Shown here: piece by piece, positions 51,474-64,000 of the stretch | Layout of the letters: each line of letters opens with the position of its first letter | Position numbering within the stretch: position 1 is the first letter of the stretch | NCBI RefSeq assembly: GCF_963921235.1 | Contig: NC_086097.1 | Coordinates: forward strand, 197,224,001 to 197,288,000 | DNA: 64,000 nt | Direction: 5' to 3' | Source: Mobula hypostoma | Lineage: Eukaryota | Notes under the pieces: generated by a model | What the model was told of the DNA's origin: nothing | Seen by the model: only the letters and a program-made list of their open reading frames with translations | The model's database searches: none | Position numbers and translations under genes: made by a program

Positions 51474-53299
51474 TAATAAGGTTATTATTTCATTTTGCAT
51501 TCTTAAGGCCTCCACAGTACTATTCAGATCTCAGTCATCTAAAACATGGGAGTTTCCGTACTGTAAGTTAATGTCATCACGAGCACCTTAAGCTGTAGGA
51601 TATGACATGGCTTCAGTGTGTCTTTTTAATGCAGGCGAATGCAAGTGTGAATACCTTGAACAACCCCTTGGGGCCCTAACTCTTCTTTCTGACATTTGAG
51701 GAATGAATGAATCAAAATAGACATTGAGTGGTTTCCTTAGTGTCCTGTCAATATAGGAACTCACACTATAGGACTGTCCTGCACTCTTGGTATGCATGGC
51801 ACTTGAATCCCTTAGCACTTTGGCCATTTGTGCTGCAATATTCTCCTGCAATTTAAGCCTCTCCTTTCGGGATTGCTCCTTTCCTCTCCAAAGCTGTTCT
51901 TCCATCTGTTCCTCTTGTACTTCCAGTGCATGTTTATCCTTCAATGTTTGTTGCAGTGTGAATAATGAAGCTAAATTGGCTTCTGTTTTAATGTGTGCCG
52001 AGGAGGTATTGATACACAAGACACTCTGCTTGCAACAGAACTTGGAGCATGCACACTTGACAAACTGTTGCTTAGGGTGTGTGTTATCCTGTGGATCCTT
52101 AGCATTATGTGTAGTTAAAACGTGCCTTGAAATCTGAGAAACATTTTTACTTGTTTCGGCAACTTGACCTCCAACATTGCTTGTTTGTTTCAGCCATTGT
52201 TCAGCATCTGCTGTGATTGTATTTAATAAGAGTTTCAATAATTTCAGAACTTTCAATTTGTTTATCTTGTTCTGGGTTAGAAATTAAGGACAACACGTAA
52301 TGTTACTTAGCAATAGCTTAACAGAGACTTCAAGTTTCTAAGATGAGGCTTTTTCTGAATCTCACAAGACTTTTAATTGATATTAAATCTTTAATTTTGC
52401 TCACATTTTTCTTGTATTCCTTTTGAGAACTTTTGTTCTATTTGCTAAAACTCTCAGTTTAATTTCTCTTTTAGCCCTGACTTCAATGTCATTGACATTA
52501 GTTTCACTCATGTTACTTTCTCGCTGCGATCCCACCAGACCAAACAGTTTCAATTCAAGTGACGGCAACTGAAATATTTCAGCACTTCAGTAGAACAAAA
52601 CAGAGAATCTTTGGGGAAACACCACACCATTGAGCATAGGGGCAGCTCTGATAATTCCAAACTGTGTTCAAATCACAAACGCACAACATGAATCAACAAA
52701 AGGTTATTCCCTGCCACAAGCTGCTCCTTGCATCTCGGTGTTGTGATTCCAATTTTTCCAATAGATCTGATGCTGTCCTTTGCTTTGGACTGATGTTTGT
52801 TTGCTATAATTATCGTATCTTTTTGTTGACACAATGTATCCATTATAGAAAACAAACCAAAACTGCTCTGAGGCTAAGCACAGGGGTTTGACACTCTATG
52901 ACGTGCTACCCCAATAATGAAGTTGCAAAGTTGAGAAAAGTAGATTTGATCCTATATTAAGAAACAAGCAAAGGTAACCATCTTGAAAGGATAAAAACTA
53001 ATGATACAAAAACTAATGATATAACAAAATGATCTTAACTTAAGTATATTTACATATGCTAAGTGTTCTTAAACTTATTTAAGCGGTCAACAAAAAGCTA
53101 TCACCCCTGGTCCACTCCCTCGCTGTACCCAAACTAAACTGAACTAAAGACAAAGCATGAATATGTAACTAAACTCTTCGCTTCTACTGCACCCCAACCC
53201 ATATGACTAACTACCATAATAAACACGCAACCCAATTTACAATACAGCAGAAATTTGATACGTCTCATACAGTGGAGATGAGAGCTATGGGTCACTATC

Positions 53300-54935
53300 T
53301 CAAAGTTCAAAGTAAATTTTATTGTCAGAGTACATGTATGTCATCCACATAGAACCCTGAGATTCATTTTCCTGTGGGAATGCACAGCAAATCTATAGAA
53401 CAGTAACTATAACAGGGTCAATAACTGATCAAGTAAATTACAGAAGATGACAAATATAAATAGTAATAAATAATGAGAACATGAAATGAGAGTCCTTAAA
53501 GTGAGATAATTGGTTGTGGGAACATCTCAATGGATGGGCAAATGAGTGTCGTTATCCCCTTTTGTTTAAGAACCTGATGGTTGTGGAGTAGTAACTGTTC
53601 TGAAATCTGGTGGTGTGAGTCCTGAGGCTCTTACACCTTCTCCTTTATGGCAGTAGTGAGAAAAGGGCACGGCCTGGGTGGTGGGGTTATCTGATTATGG
53701 ATGCTGCTTTCCTATGACATGCAGCAGATCTACATGAAACAATGACTGAGAAGGCTGTCCCTGTGATACACTGGGCTGAATCCAATACTTCCTGGAGGAC
53801 TTTACATTCAAAGGCATTGGTGTTTCCATCCCAGGCTGTGATGTAGCTAATCAACACCTTCTCCACCACACTTCTACAGAAGTTTGTCGAAGTTTTTGAT
53901 GTCACACCAAATTTCTACAGACTACTAAGGAAGTAGGGGTGCTGCTGTGCTTTCATCACAATTGCTTTTGTGTGCTGGTTCTAGGCCAGGTCCTCTCAAA
54001 TAGTTACACCCAGGAATTTAAAGTTGCTAACCTTCTTCAACGCTGATCCTCCAATGAGGACTTGCTGATGGTTCTCTGGTTTCTCTCTCCTGAAGTCGAT
54101 AATCAGTTCTTTGGTCTTGCTGACATTGAGAAGTTGCTCTGACACCACTCGGTCAAATTTCCAATCTCTCTCCTGTATGCTGATTCATTGCCACCTTTGA
54201 TATGGCTCAGAACAGTGGTGTCATTAGCAACTTTGAATATTATATTGGAGCTGAGCTTAGTCACATAGTCATAGATGTAAGGTGAGTAGAGCAAGGGGCA
54301 AAGCACACATTCCTGTGGTGCACCCATTTTGATGGAGATCATGGAGATGATGTTGCCAAGCTGACCTGACTGGAGTCTAGAAGTGAGGAAATCTGGGATC
54401 CAATTGTACAAGAGGATATTGAGGCCCAGGTCTTGGAGCTTAATGATTAGTTTTGAGGGAACAATGGTGTTAAATGCCAAGCTGTAATCAATAAAGAACA
54501 TCTGGATGTATGTATCTTCACTGTCCACTGAAGAACCAGTGACACCAATTATACTGGTATAATTGAAGCCTGCTTAAAGCAGGTGGGTATCACACTGCTG
54601 ATGTGAGAGGTTAAATATATCAGTGAACACACCAACCAGTTGGTCAAGACGGATTTTTAGTACATGATCGGGTACTCCATCCAGTCCGGATGCTTTTTGT
54701 TGGATTCATTCACCTGAAGGCAGCCTGTATATCAGCATCAGATACTGAAATCAAAAGATCAGCAGGAGATGTGGGGGTTCATGATAGTTCCTCCATGTTC
54801 TGATGGTGAAATCAAGCATGGGCATTGAACTCACCTGGAAGTGAAGCCCTGCTGTCATCCCCTGTGTCGCTTGGTTTAACTTTGTGGGAGCTTATGGTAT
54901 TCAAAACTTGGCACAACTATCGAGCATCCCTCGTT
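53300..54935 (-). mobile_element. Rex1/Babar-like LINE fragment, decayed
   Basis: Motifs FIDYSLAFNTIVPSKL, GAPQECVLCPLLYS and ISYITAWDGN. Confidence 0.82.
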
Positions 54936-55856
54936 AATTCCACTTTGGAATCTCATGGTTCATCCAGGGTTTCTGCTTGGGGAAGACTGAAGGATTTAGA
55001 CTCCAAATAAGAACTGAAATATGAGCAATATTTTTTTCCACACACAATCTGTGATTCTTTGGAGTTCTGTAGTCACAGTATACTGGCAACAAAGATCTTT
55101 AAATGTTAGCACACTAAGGAGTATAGAGAAGCCTGAGATGGGTGAGATTTGAGTTTAATTCATGTGTCCGGAGGCCAGTGTTTCTTTTCCCTGTTCCATC
55201 ATAGCTAAAAGCCCTTGAATTTTACATTTTCCTGGGTGTGTGTGTGTGTGTGTTTTTTTTTTTGCCATCGGAAACTATTACAAGACTTTTTAAGCTATGG
55301 TTGCTGTTGCCCACAGGATTTCATAGAAACATAGAAAACCTACAGCACAATACAGGCCCTTTGGCCCACAAAGCTGTGCCGAGCATATCCTTACCTTAGA
55401 ACTACCTAGGCTTACTCACAGTCCTCTATTTTTTCTAAGCTTTATGTACCTGTCCAGGAGTCTCTTGAAAGACCCTATTGTTTCCACCACCACCACTGCC
55501 GCCGGCAGCCCATTCCATGAACTCACTACAGTGTTTATATATTGTAAAAAAAAACAACTTACCCCTGCCATCTCCTTTGTACCTACTTCCAAGCACCTTA
55601 AAACTGTGCCCTCTTGTGCTAGCCATTTCAGCCCTGGGAAAAAAACCTCTGTCTATCCACATGATCAATGCCTCTCATCAGCTTATACACCTCTATCAGG
55701 TCACCTCTCATCCTCCGTCGCTCCAAGGAGAAAAGGCCGAGTTCACTCAACCTATTCTAATAAGGCATGCTCCCCAATCCAGGCAACATCCTTGTAACAT
55801 ACATCAAAGTTGCTGGTGAACGCAGCAGGCCAAGCAGCATCTATAGGAAGAGGCGC

Positions 55857-55892
55857 AGTCGACGTTTCAGGCCGAGACCCTTCGTCAGGACT
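55857..55892 (-). ncRNA. Minimal type I hammerhead ribozyme, intact core (opposite strand)
   Basis: Minus strand reads AGTC CTGACGA AGGGTCTCGGCCT GAAAC GTC^GACT. Confidence 0.8.
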
Positions 55893-55895
55893 CAG

Positions 55896-55931
55896 GGTCC
55901 TGACGAAGGGTCTCGGCCTGAAACGTCGACT
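55896..55931 (+). ncRNA. Minimal type I hammerhead ribozyme, intact core
   Basis: GGTC CTGACGA AGGGTCTCGGCCT GAAAC GTC^GACT, i.e. CUGANGA + GAAA + GUC. Predicted cleavage after 55927. Confidence 0.8.
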
Positions 55932-56364
55932 GCGCCTCTTCCTATAGATGCTGCTTGGCCTGCTGCGTTCACCAGCAACTTTGATGTATGTTGCTTGAAT
56001 TTCCAGCATCTGCAGAATTCCTGTTGTTTACGTTTAAATATCCTTGTAAATTTTCTTTCCACCCTTTCTATGGTTTCCACATCCTTCCTGTAGTGAGGAA
56101 GTGAGATCTGACCAGAGTCCTATATAGCTGTAACATTACCTCTCGGCTCTTAAACCCAATCCCACGGTTGATGAAGGCCAATGCACCGTATTCCTTCTTA
56201 ACCACAGAGTCAACCTGCATAGCAGCTTTGAGTGTCCTATGGACTTGGACCCCACGGTCTCTCTGAACCTCCACACTGCCAAGAGTCTGACCATTATAGC
56301 TATATTCTGCCATCGTATATTTCATGCAGAATATACTTTTTTTTTGCATCTCTGTATTTCCAAA

Positions 56365-58434
56365 TGTAACTCTTACTTCGGCTAGTGGCTTAATATAGGG
56401 GATGATAGCCTCCAGCCCGGCCAAACTTAAGAAATCTCGTTTGGGTGGACGCTGTGCGATGTGTCCCCTGTTACAAATCAGTATTCTGAAATAACAAACA
56501 GTACACAATATGCGATTAACTGATTAAGCTTTATAATTCTTACTTTGACTATATGGTTAGTAAAGAAAACAATAAAAAGAAAAAGGGCTCATTCTTATGA
56601 AACAGTCTATTGCACAATGTTGCACAAAATCCTTGGTACATTGCTGGGAACGTGTTTCCCCCAGAGTCACCAGGCCATTCCCTCACTGGGTCTCCTCTAG
56701 GTTTTCCCAGCAACTCTCATTGCCGAGGTACCCCGAGGCTCATTCTCCTTCTGGTGTGACACCTGCTGCCTGCAGTCCTCTGCATTGTTCGTCCTCTTGG
56801 GGGATCCACCCCTCCATCAGCTCCATCATCGGGGGGGGGGGTCATACCCCCTGATAACAGCCGACATATTTTTGTTCTCAACTCTGCCATAATCTCCTCT
56901 ATTATGCCTCGGTGTAGACTATCTGCGGTCACTTCACCGCAGGGGACTACTACTGAGGACTGAACCCTGCTTATGGAGTCCTCCCGCGCCTCTGCCGCAT
57001 TCTCTTCTTCCTGTACCTCAGCTCAACAAAAGATGTGGAGGGGGGTGGTGCATCTTGCAAGATAGTCGGAGACCCCAAGCAATCAGATCATGGGAGTGGG
57101 TGCCCCTGGCTATCTGGTCCATTCTTAACTGATGCACCTCAACCGCCTGAATGACCCCTCAGCGCTGCAAGCAATTTAGCTGCCTCTCTAGCCATAAAAT
57201 AAAGCAGAAAGCTTCTCCCCCTTCTCTTGACACATGTTCTGAAACTCCACCATGAGCTCCATTGGGCTTCCAGTAGGGCCAAAAGCATTGTCCAGTGCTT
57301 GCATGTAACTGACAGCTGTCGCTACTGGGTATTTCAACCTGACGGCTCTCACGATGTCAGTGGCCCACCCATTCAAACTTACAACCAATCTCTGTCACTT
57401 TACATCATCAGAGCACTGCCACTCATCTAACAACTGCGAGGTTCGCTCCGCCCAAGTCTTGTACTCCTGCTCCTCCCCTAAAGGGGTGGGCGTTATTCCA
57501 GAGAATAGGCAGAGCCTGCCATAGCTGGGACTTTGAACCTGATTTTTCCATTTATTCGCCAGAGGTGGGTACTTACTCAGAATTCTCACTCTTCACCGGG
57601 GGACGTGGACTAATTAGACATTCCAAATCGGATCACTCTTTCCCCTCACTCCTCAGAAATGAGAGAACCCTGTCTTTGAAATCTCTGCCCCCAGTTACCG
57701 CTACCTCAGTGCTGGGCTGCATTAAAACGAGAGCTGCGCCTGCCATTTTATCAAACTTCTGCCCACAATTGCAACTTTAATGGTATTTAACAGTGGAATT
57801 AACAATTCATCCGGAGTACAAATATCTGCCCCACTGGTTCATTGCTCAGGGTAATCACACAGCATCCAACGGAATCAATCCCGGACAAGCCCCCGCAATT
57901 GTAACTGTCGCTTTGGCTAGCAGCTTTAAATTGGGGGTGATAGCCCTCGGCCCAGCCAAGCTTAAGAAATCTCGTTTGGGTGGATGCTGCACGATGTGTC
58001 GCCTGTTACAAATCAGTACCCCGAAATAACAAACAGTACACAATATGCGATTAAATGATAAGCTTTATATTTCTTAATTTGACAATATGGTTAGTAAAGA
58101 AAACAAAAAAAAGAAAAAGGGCCCATTCTTATGAAATAGTCTATTGCACAATGTTGGAGTTTACTGGTAAGCCGTTTGTCCACCATCGACCTCCTCGGAT
58201 TGTCGCTGCCTTCGGACGCTTGATCTAAGTCCACTCCGTCCGGCAGTCTCCCAGCTCCCTCCATTCGCCTTTTCTCTCCTCATCTCTCCCCGGTAAAAGA
58301 CCATGCAAGTCTCTCTTCCAGACTCACAAGAAAGAACAACAGCATTCCAAATCCCGTTATCTCTAGTCATAACCCAAACATTGATAATGTAATGGTTTCT
58401 TTGTAGCAGCAGTGAAACCTTACAGCATTTTACA
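56365..58434 (-). mobile_element. Gypsy LTR retrotransposon remnant with PNMA-like gag, tRNA-Pro PBS, pol deleted
   Basis: 5' LTR at 57900-58434 and partial 3' LTR at 56365-about 56622. PBS gggggcttgtccgggat at 57878-57894 (minus). Gag YGRLCLFSG...EQEYKTW...LDEWQCSD...SLNGWATDIV...YMQALDNAFG. Confidence 0.85.
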
Positions 58435-59007
58435 CTAATAAACATCCTTGTACACAAATTATAAAAATAAAGCTGTTTGACAATATGCTGACACTTTTAA
58501 AGCTGTTGCAAAGTTATCCAAGATGGAAAATTATATTTTCCATTTTGAAGCTTGGGATCGATGTAATGTATGTCTTGTGCAATAGACACCAATCAGCTGC
58601 AGAAATGATGAACAAAAAATGAGGATCAAAGGAATCTGATTTTGTTTTTTAAATTCCAGTGATTGAAGTGAAATGCATACTAAAGTTGACCAACAACTTT
58701 CCAGCACTTGGTTTCTGATCTTTACCAGATTAAAAGAGGTCACGCAATATTAATGGCAGGAATGAACTGTAGAAGCTTAAAAAGTATTATTAATTAAACA
58801 AATGCAAATTTGTTAATTACTGTCCTTACAAAGAATGTTGCTTCTCGGTTATCTTTTTAAACATTTCAACCAGGTAACATTGTTTCATGTGTTTTGATCT
58901 CTCCCCGTGTAATTTTTCTTGCATCAGATAAAATTAATTAACCCATGTTCTGTCATGAAGGTATGTTTCTTTATCCCTTTGATTAAATCACCCAACAACT
59001 CAATGAA

Positions 59008-59138
59008 CTGACGAAGGGTCTCAGCCTGAAACGTCGACTGCACCTCTTCCTACAGATGCTGCCTGGCCTGCTGTGTTCACCAGCAACTTTGATGTATGTT
59101 GCTTGAATTTCCAGCATCTGCAGAATTCCTGTTGTTTG
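59008..59138 (+). mobile_element. Solo Penelope pLTR tail starting at the hammerhead core, 12-13 bp TSD
   Basis: CTGACGAAGGGTCTCAGCCTGAAACGTCGAC...ctgttgtttg. TSD aactcaatgaac(t) at 58997-59009 and 59139-59151. Confidence 0.9.
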
Positions 59139-59611
59139 AACTCAATGAACTTACTTGTCAATAGTAAATCTTTCAGTTTCATCATCACTGCTATCTTCAT
59201 TACTTGCAGTGTTTTTATCAGCATTCTGAGCACTGCCTATAATTTCTGAATCTGTAAATGATGCGCAAGTGTTTTGTCATCGACAATTATCCACTCACAT
59301 AGATGTTCTTCATTAAGACTACTTGCTATATCTTTGAAAGCAGGTCCTGTGACACTTATTGCATATGCAAGCAAATCATGAACAACATGCTTTCTCCTTT
59401 GGTACACAAAATCCTGTAAAATCATCATCAAGCTTTATTTTAGGCACGTTATCAAACATTAAGGCAGGTCACAACTTATGCCAACCATTCTTTAGTGTTA
59501 AATGTTTTACCTTCTAAAAACCCTCAAGCAATGAACCAAAGAATAATTCTTTAATAAATGTCTGTACAGAATTGCCAACAGTCACCTCATTGAACAGATG
59601 TTTCATGAAAA

Positions 59612-62492
59612 TCTTCTGAGGTGTATATATTTCAATGCTAGGAGTATTGCGGGGAAGGTGGACGAGTTGAGGGCGTGGATTGACACGTGGAATTATGATG
59701 TTATAGCAATTCGTGAAACTTGGCTACAGGAGGGGCAGGACTGGCAGCTTAATATTCCAGGGTTCCGATGTTTCAGATGTGATAGAGACAGAGGAATGAA
59801 GCGGGGGGTTAGCGCTTGTCAGGGAAAATATTACAGCAGTCCTCAGGCAGGACAGACAGAGGGCTTGTCTTACTGAGTCCTTATGGGTGGAGCTGAGAAA
59901 CAGGAAAGGTATGGCCACATTAGTGGGGTTGTATTGTAGACCACCCAATAGTCAGTGAGAATTAGCTGAGCAAATCTGCAGAGATAGCAGGCAACTGCAG
60001 GAAACATAAAGTTGTGGTAGGGGATTTTAATTTTCCACATGTTGATTGGGACTCCCATACTGTTTAGGGGTCTAGATGGGTTAGAGTTTGTAAAATGTGT
60101 TCAGGAAAGTTTTCTAAATCAATACACAGAGGTACCAACTAGAGGGGATGCAATATTGGATCTCCTGTTAGGAAACGAGTTAGGACAAGTGACGGAAGTG
60201 TGTGTAGGGGAGCACTTTGGTTCCAGTGATCATAACACCATTAGTTTCAACTTGATCATGAATAAGGATAGATCTGGTCCGAGGGATGAGATTCTAAACT
60301 GGAAGAAGGCCAAATTTGAAGAAATGAGAAAGGATCTAAAAAGCGTGGATTGGGACAGGTTGTTCTCTGGCAAGGATGTGATCGGTAAGTGGGAAGCCTT
60401 CAAAGGAGAAATTTTGAGAGTGCAGAGCTTGTATGTTCCTGTCAGGATTAAAGGCAAAGTGAATAGGAATAAGGAAACTTGGTTCTCAAGGGATATTGCA
60501 ACTCTGATAATGAAGACATGTATAACATGTATAGGAAACAGGGAGCAAATAAGGTGCTTGAAGAGTATAAAAAATGCAAGAAAATACTTAAGAAAGAGAT
60601 CAGGAGGGCTAAAAGAAGACATGAGGTTGCCTTGGCAGTCAAAGTGAAGGATAATCCAAAGAGCTTTTACAGGTATATTAAGAGTAAAAGGATAGTAAGC
60701 GATAAAATTGGTCCTCTTGAAAATGAGAGTGGTCGGTTATGTGCGGAACCAAAAGAAATGGGGGGAGATCTTAAACGGGTTTTTTGCATCTGTATTTACT
60801 AAGGAAACTGGCATGAAGTCTATGGAATTAAGGGAAACAAGTAGTGAGATCATGGAAACTGTACAGATTTGAAAAGGAGGAGGTGCTTCCTATCTTGAGG
60901 CAAATTAAAGTGGATAAATCCCGAGGACCTGACAGGGTATTCCCTCGGACCTTGAAGGAGACTAGTGTTGAAATTGCAGGGGCCCTGGCAGATATATTTA
61001 AAATGTCGGTGTCTACGGGTGAGGTGCCGGAGGATTGTAGAGTAGCTCATGTTGTTCCGTTGTTTAAAAAAGGATCAAAAAGTAATCCGGGAAACTATAG
61101 GCCGGTAAGTTTGACGTCGGTAGTGGGTAAGTTATTGGAGGGAGTACTAAGAGACAGAATCTACAAGCATTTGGATAGACAGGGACTTATTAGGGAGAGT
61201 CAACATGGCTTTGTGCGTGGTAGGTCATGTTTGACCAATCTATTGGAGTTTTTCGAGGAGGTTACCAGGAAAGTGGATGAAGGGAAGGCAGTGGATGTTG
61301 TCTACATGGACTTCAGTAAGGCCTTTGACAAGGTCCCACATGGGAGGTTAGTTAGGAAAGTTCGGTCGCTTGGTATACATGGAGAGGTGGTAAATTGGAT
61401 TAGACATTGGCTCAATGGAAGAAGCCAAAGAGTGGTAGTAGAGAATTGCATCTCAGACTAGAGGCCTGTGACTAGTGGTGTGCCACAGGGATCAGTGCTG
61501 GGTCCATTGTTATTTGTCATCTATATCAGTGATCTGGATGATAATGCGGTAAATTAGATCAGCAAATTTGCTGATGATACAAAGATTGGAGATGTAGTGG
61601 ACAGTGAGGAAAGTTTTCAGAGCCTGCAGAGGGACTTGGACCAGCTGGAAAAATGGGCTGAAAAATGGCAGATGGAGCTTAATACAGACAAGTGTGAGGT
61701 ATTGCACTTTGGAAGGACAAACCAAGGTAGAACATACAGGGTAAATGGTAAGGCACTGAGGAGTGCAGTAGAACAGAGAGATCTGGAAATACAGATACAA
61801 AATTCCCTAAAAGTGGCGTCACAGGTAGATAGGGTCGTAAAGAGAGCTTTTGGTACATTGGCCTTTATTAATCTAAGTATTGAGTATAAGAGCTGGAATG
61901 TTATGATGAGGTTGTATTCGGCATTGGTGAGGCTGAATCTGGAGTACTGTGTTCAGTTTTGGTCGCCAAATTACAGGAAGGATATTAATAAGGTTGAAAG
62001 AGTGCAGAAAAGGTTTACAAGGATGTTGCCAGGACTTGAGAAACTCAGTTGCAGAGAAAGGTTGAATAGGTTAGGACTTCATTCTCTGGAGCGCAGAGGA
62101 ATGAGGGGAGATTTGATAGAGGTATATAAATTTTGATGGGTATAGATAGAGTGAGTGCAAGCAGGCTTTTTCCACTGAGGCAAGGTGAGGAAAAAAAACA
62201 GAGGACATGGGTTAAGGGTGAGGAGGGGGAAAGTTTAAAGGGAACATTAGTGGGGGCTTCTTCACACCGAGAGTGGTGGGAGTATGGAATGAGCTGCCAG
62301 ACGAGGTGGTAAATGCGGGTTCTTTTTTAACATTTAAGAATAAATTGGACAGATACATGGGTGGGAGGTGTATGGAGGGATATGGTCCATGTGCAGGTCA
62401 GTGGGACTAGGCAGAAAATGGTTCGGCACAGCCAAGAAGGGCCAAAAGGCCTGTTTCTGTGCTGTAGTTTTTCTATGGTTTCTATGGTTTCT
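59612..62492 (+). mobile_element. CR1 LINE with nearly full-length ORF2 (frameshifted)
   Basis: APE start YFNARSI...VIAIRETW and RT GNYRPVSLT, DFSKAFDKVPH. Ends in a (ttctatggt)n tail. Confidence 0.92.
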
Positions 62493-63044
62493 AAAACTGA
62501 GTGACACTTGGCTTCATAATTTCATCTGAATTAAAAGAGGTGCTGAACCATTAGGAAAATTGGTGGTCAACCTGTATTATGATCAGAAATGTCAGTATAA
62601 GCCAGTATTAATGAATGTACGTTTGTACTTTTATTAATGCTGCAATTAGAATGGGGCAATATAAATTGGTAAGAATAATATAATATATTGAATAGAATGG
62701 AATTGATGTTCTGGTGGCCAGATATGTTTCCAGAATTTGAATAATACTCGAGTTAATTTACATTACCTGGGACTACATTATTAAACTAGCTGTTATTATT
62801 AGCGCAAGCAACAAAATATTCAGTTTAAATAATTCTTCCAGGCTCAAATTAATCTTGATTTTTCTCCAACATTTAATTGATTAGTTTGCATTGTGGCGCT
62901 TTTATGTTCTAGCTTAAGAATAAACTTGAATCACATCACAGTCCAAAATTAGGCTTTAGTTTGTCATTCTTTGAGCTACTGCTTCTTATGATTATTGTTG
63001 GTGCATACCAGAATTCTTAACTTCACAAATATTTTATTCTTAAT

Positions 63045-63850
63045 TCACTTCAGAACCAGGTTTATTATCACTGACATGAAATTTGTAGTAGGAGTACAGT
63101 ACAAGACATTACTATAAATTACAAAAATAAATCGTGCGATAGGCAAATAATAAGATACTGTATGTGGACTGTTCAGAAATCTGATGGTAGAGAGGAAGAA
63201 GCTGGTTGTAAAAATATTGTGTGGGTTTTCAAGCTCCTGTGCCACCATATCAATGATAACAATGAGAAGAGGGCATTCCCAGATGGTGAGGGTCTTTATT
63301 GATGGCTGTTGCTTCCTTGAGGCACCTTCTTTTTAAGACCCTGCTGATGGGGAAGTTTGTGCATGTGATAAAGTTGGCTGAGTCTGCAACCTTCTGAAAC
63401 TTTTGATCCCTGGATGTTGGAGCCTCCATACCAGGCTGTGATGCAACCAGTCAGAATGCTCTCCACCACACCTCTGGAAATTTGCAAGAGTCTTTGATAC
63501 ACCAAATCTCTTCAAACTTTTGACAAAGTAGAGCCACTGGCATTCCTCCTTCATGACTGCATCAATGCGCAGGGCCCAGGATGGATCCCCTGAGATCTAT
63601 CGACACCCAAAAACTTGAAACTGCTCACCCTTTCCATCACTGACTTCTCAATGATGACTCTGTTCTCACAACTTCCCTTTCCTGAAATCCACAATAGGTT
63701 TCTTAGTCTTGCTGACTTTGGGTATGAGGTTTTTCTTGTGACACCACTCAATTAGCTGATCTATCTTGCTCCTGTACACCAGCTGGCTGCCATTTGCGAT
63801 TCAGACAAAGTAGTGGTGTTATTGGCGAATTTTATAGATTGTGTTTGAGC
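63045..63850 (-). mobile_element. Rex1/Babar-like LINE 3' fragment
   Basis: Motifs MERVSSFKFLGV and ESILTGCITAWYG. Confidence 0.8.
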
Positions 63851-64000
63851 AATGCACAGTGTGTGTAAAATCATGACTTTCAATTCTGAATTAATGTTCA
63901 CTGACATGTCTTTGTACAATGATTTGTGTGCAATCATGAATTTTTATATGGCTGTATGTTTACTGCTATCTTTTATGTGCCATAATGTGCTTTGTGCTGT

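Larger units (their letters stand above)
46243..53271 (-). mobile_element. Old BEL/Pao LTR retrotransposon with both LTRs (46243-46683, 52835-53271), decayed
   Basis: Diverged direct repeats of about 440 bp. Gag Cys/His motif CIGHISKNC..CKVC. Pao-type AKMILQDL...GLGW...QLQHF. Integrase C-terminal remnant near 46940-47050. PPT-like gggctggga next to the 3' LTR. Confidence 0.82.
55796..56035. mobile_element. Perfect palindromic Penelope pLTR mini-insertion (96-bp arms, 5-nt spacer, 43-nt one-sided tail), about 11-bp TSD
   Basis: 55796-55891 is the exact reverse complement of 55897-55992. TSD aacatccttgt (55785-55795) and aatatccttgt (56037-56047). Confidence 0.93.
55322..56325 (-). mobile_element. 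CR1 3' fragment hosting the PLE palindrome
   Basis: catagaaacatagaaa tail. Motifs TRGHSFKVLG and GALAFINRGIGFKSREVML. Confidence 0.87.

Noticed and set aside
51588..52256. 222-aa coiled-coil-like ORF as a nested gene
   Set aside because: It lies just inside the 5' LTR of the BEL/Pao element on the same strand, consistent with a decayed gag N-terminus.
55752..56093. Mirror-image ORFs on both strands (TYIKVAGERSRPSS...)
   Set aside because: An artefact of the perfect palindrome, not evidence of coding.

Overview
This is eukaryotic, vertebrate DNA, most likely from a cartilaginous fish such as a ray or shark (inferred from the repeat families). The whole window lies inside the + strand gene TRAPPC9 (NIBP). 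Five coding exons of 129, 27, 122, 126 and 217 nt have canonical AG/GT boundaries and splice into one open frame. No further exon was recognised after 31595. The introns are packed with transposons: many CR1 LINEs, Rex1/Babar LINE fragments, V-SINEs, a Tc1 element, two Tigger-like elements, a non-autonomous Helitron, two Gypsy-type solo LTRs, a PNMA-like-gag Gypsy remnant and an old BEL/Pao element. Two things stand out. (1) A young Penelope-like (Neptune-type) family carries minimal hammerhead ribozymes. It appears as a nearly intact RT/GIY-YIG ORF, as fold-back palindromic mini-insertions with 11-14 bp target-site duplications (one with a perfect 96-bp arm and two intact hammerhead cores back to back), and as solo hammerhead tails. 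(2) A repeat-free intron segment upstream of the 27-nt microexon holds additional candidate frame-preserving microexons and a YGCY cluster. All calls come from reading the sequence by eye; no database searches were run.
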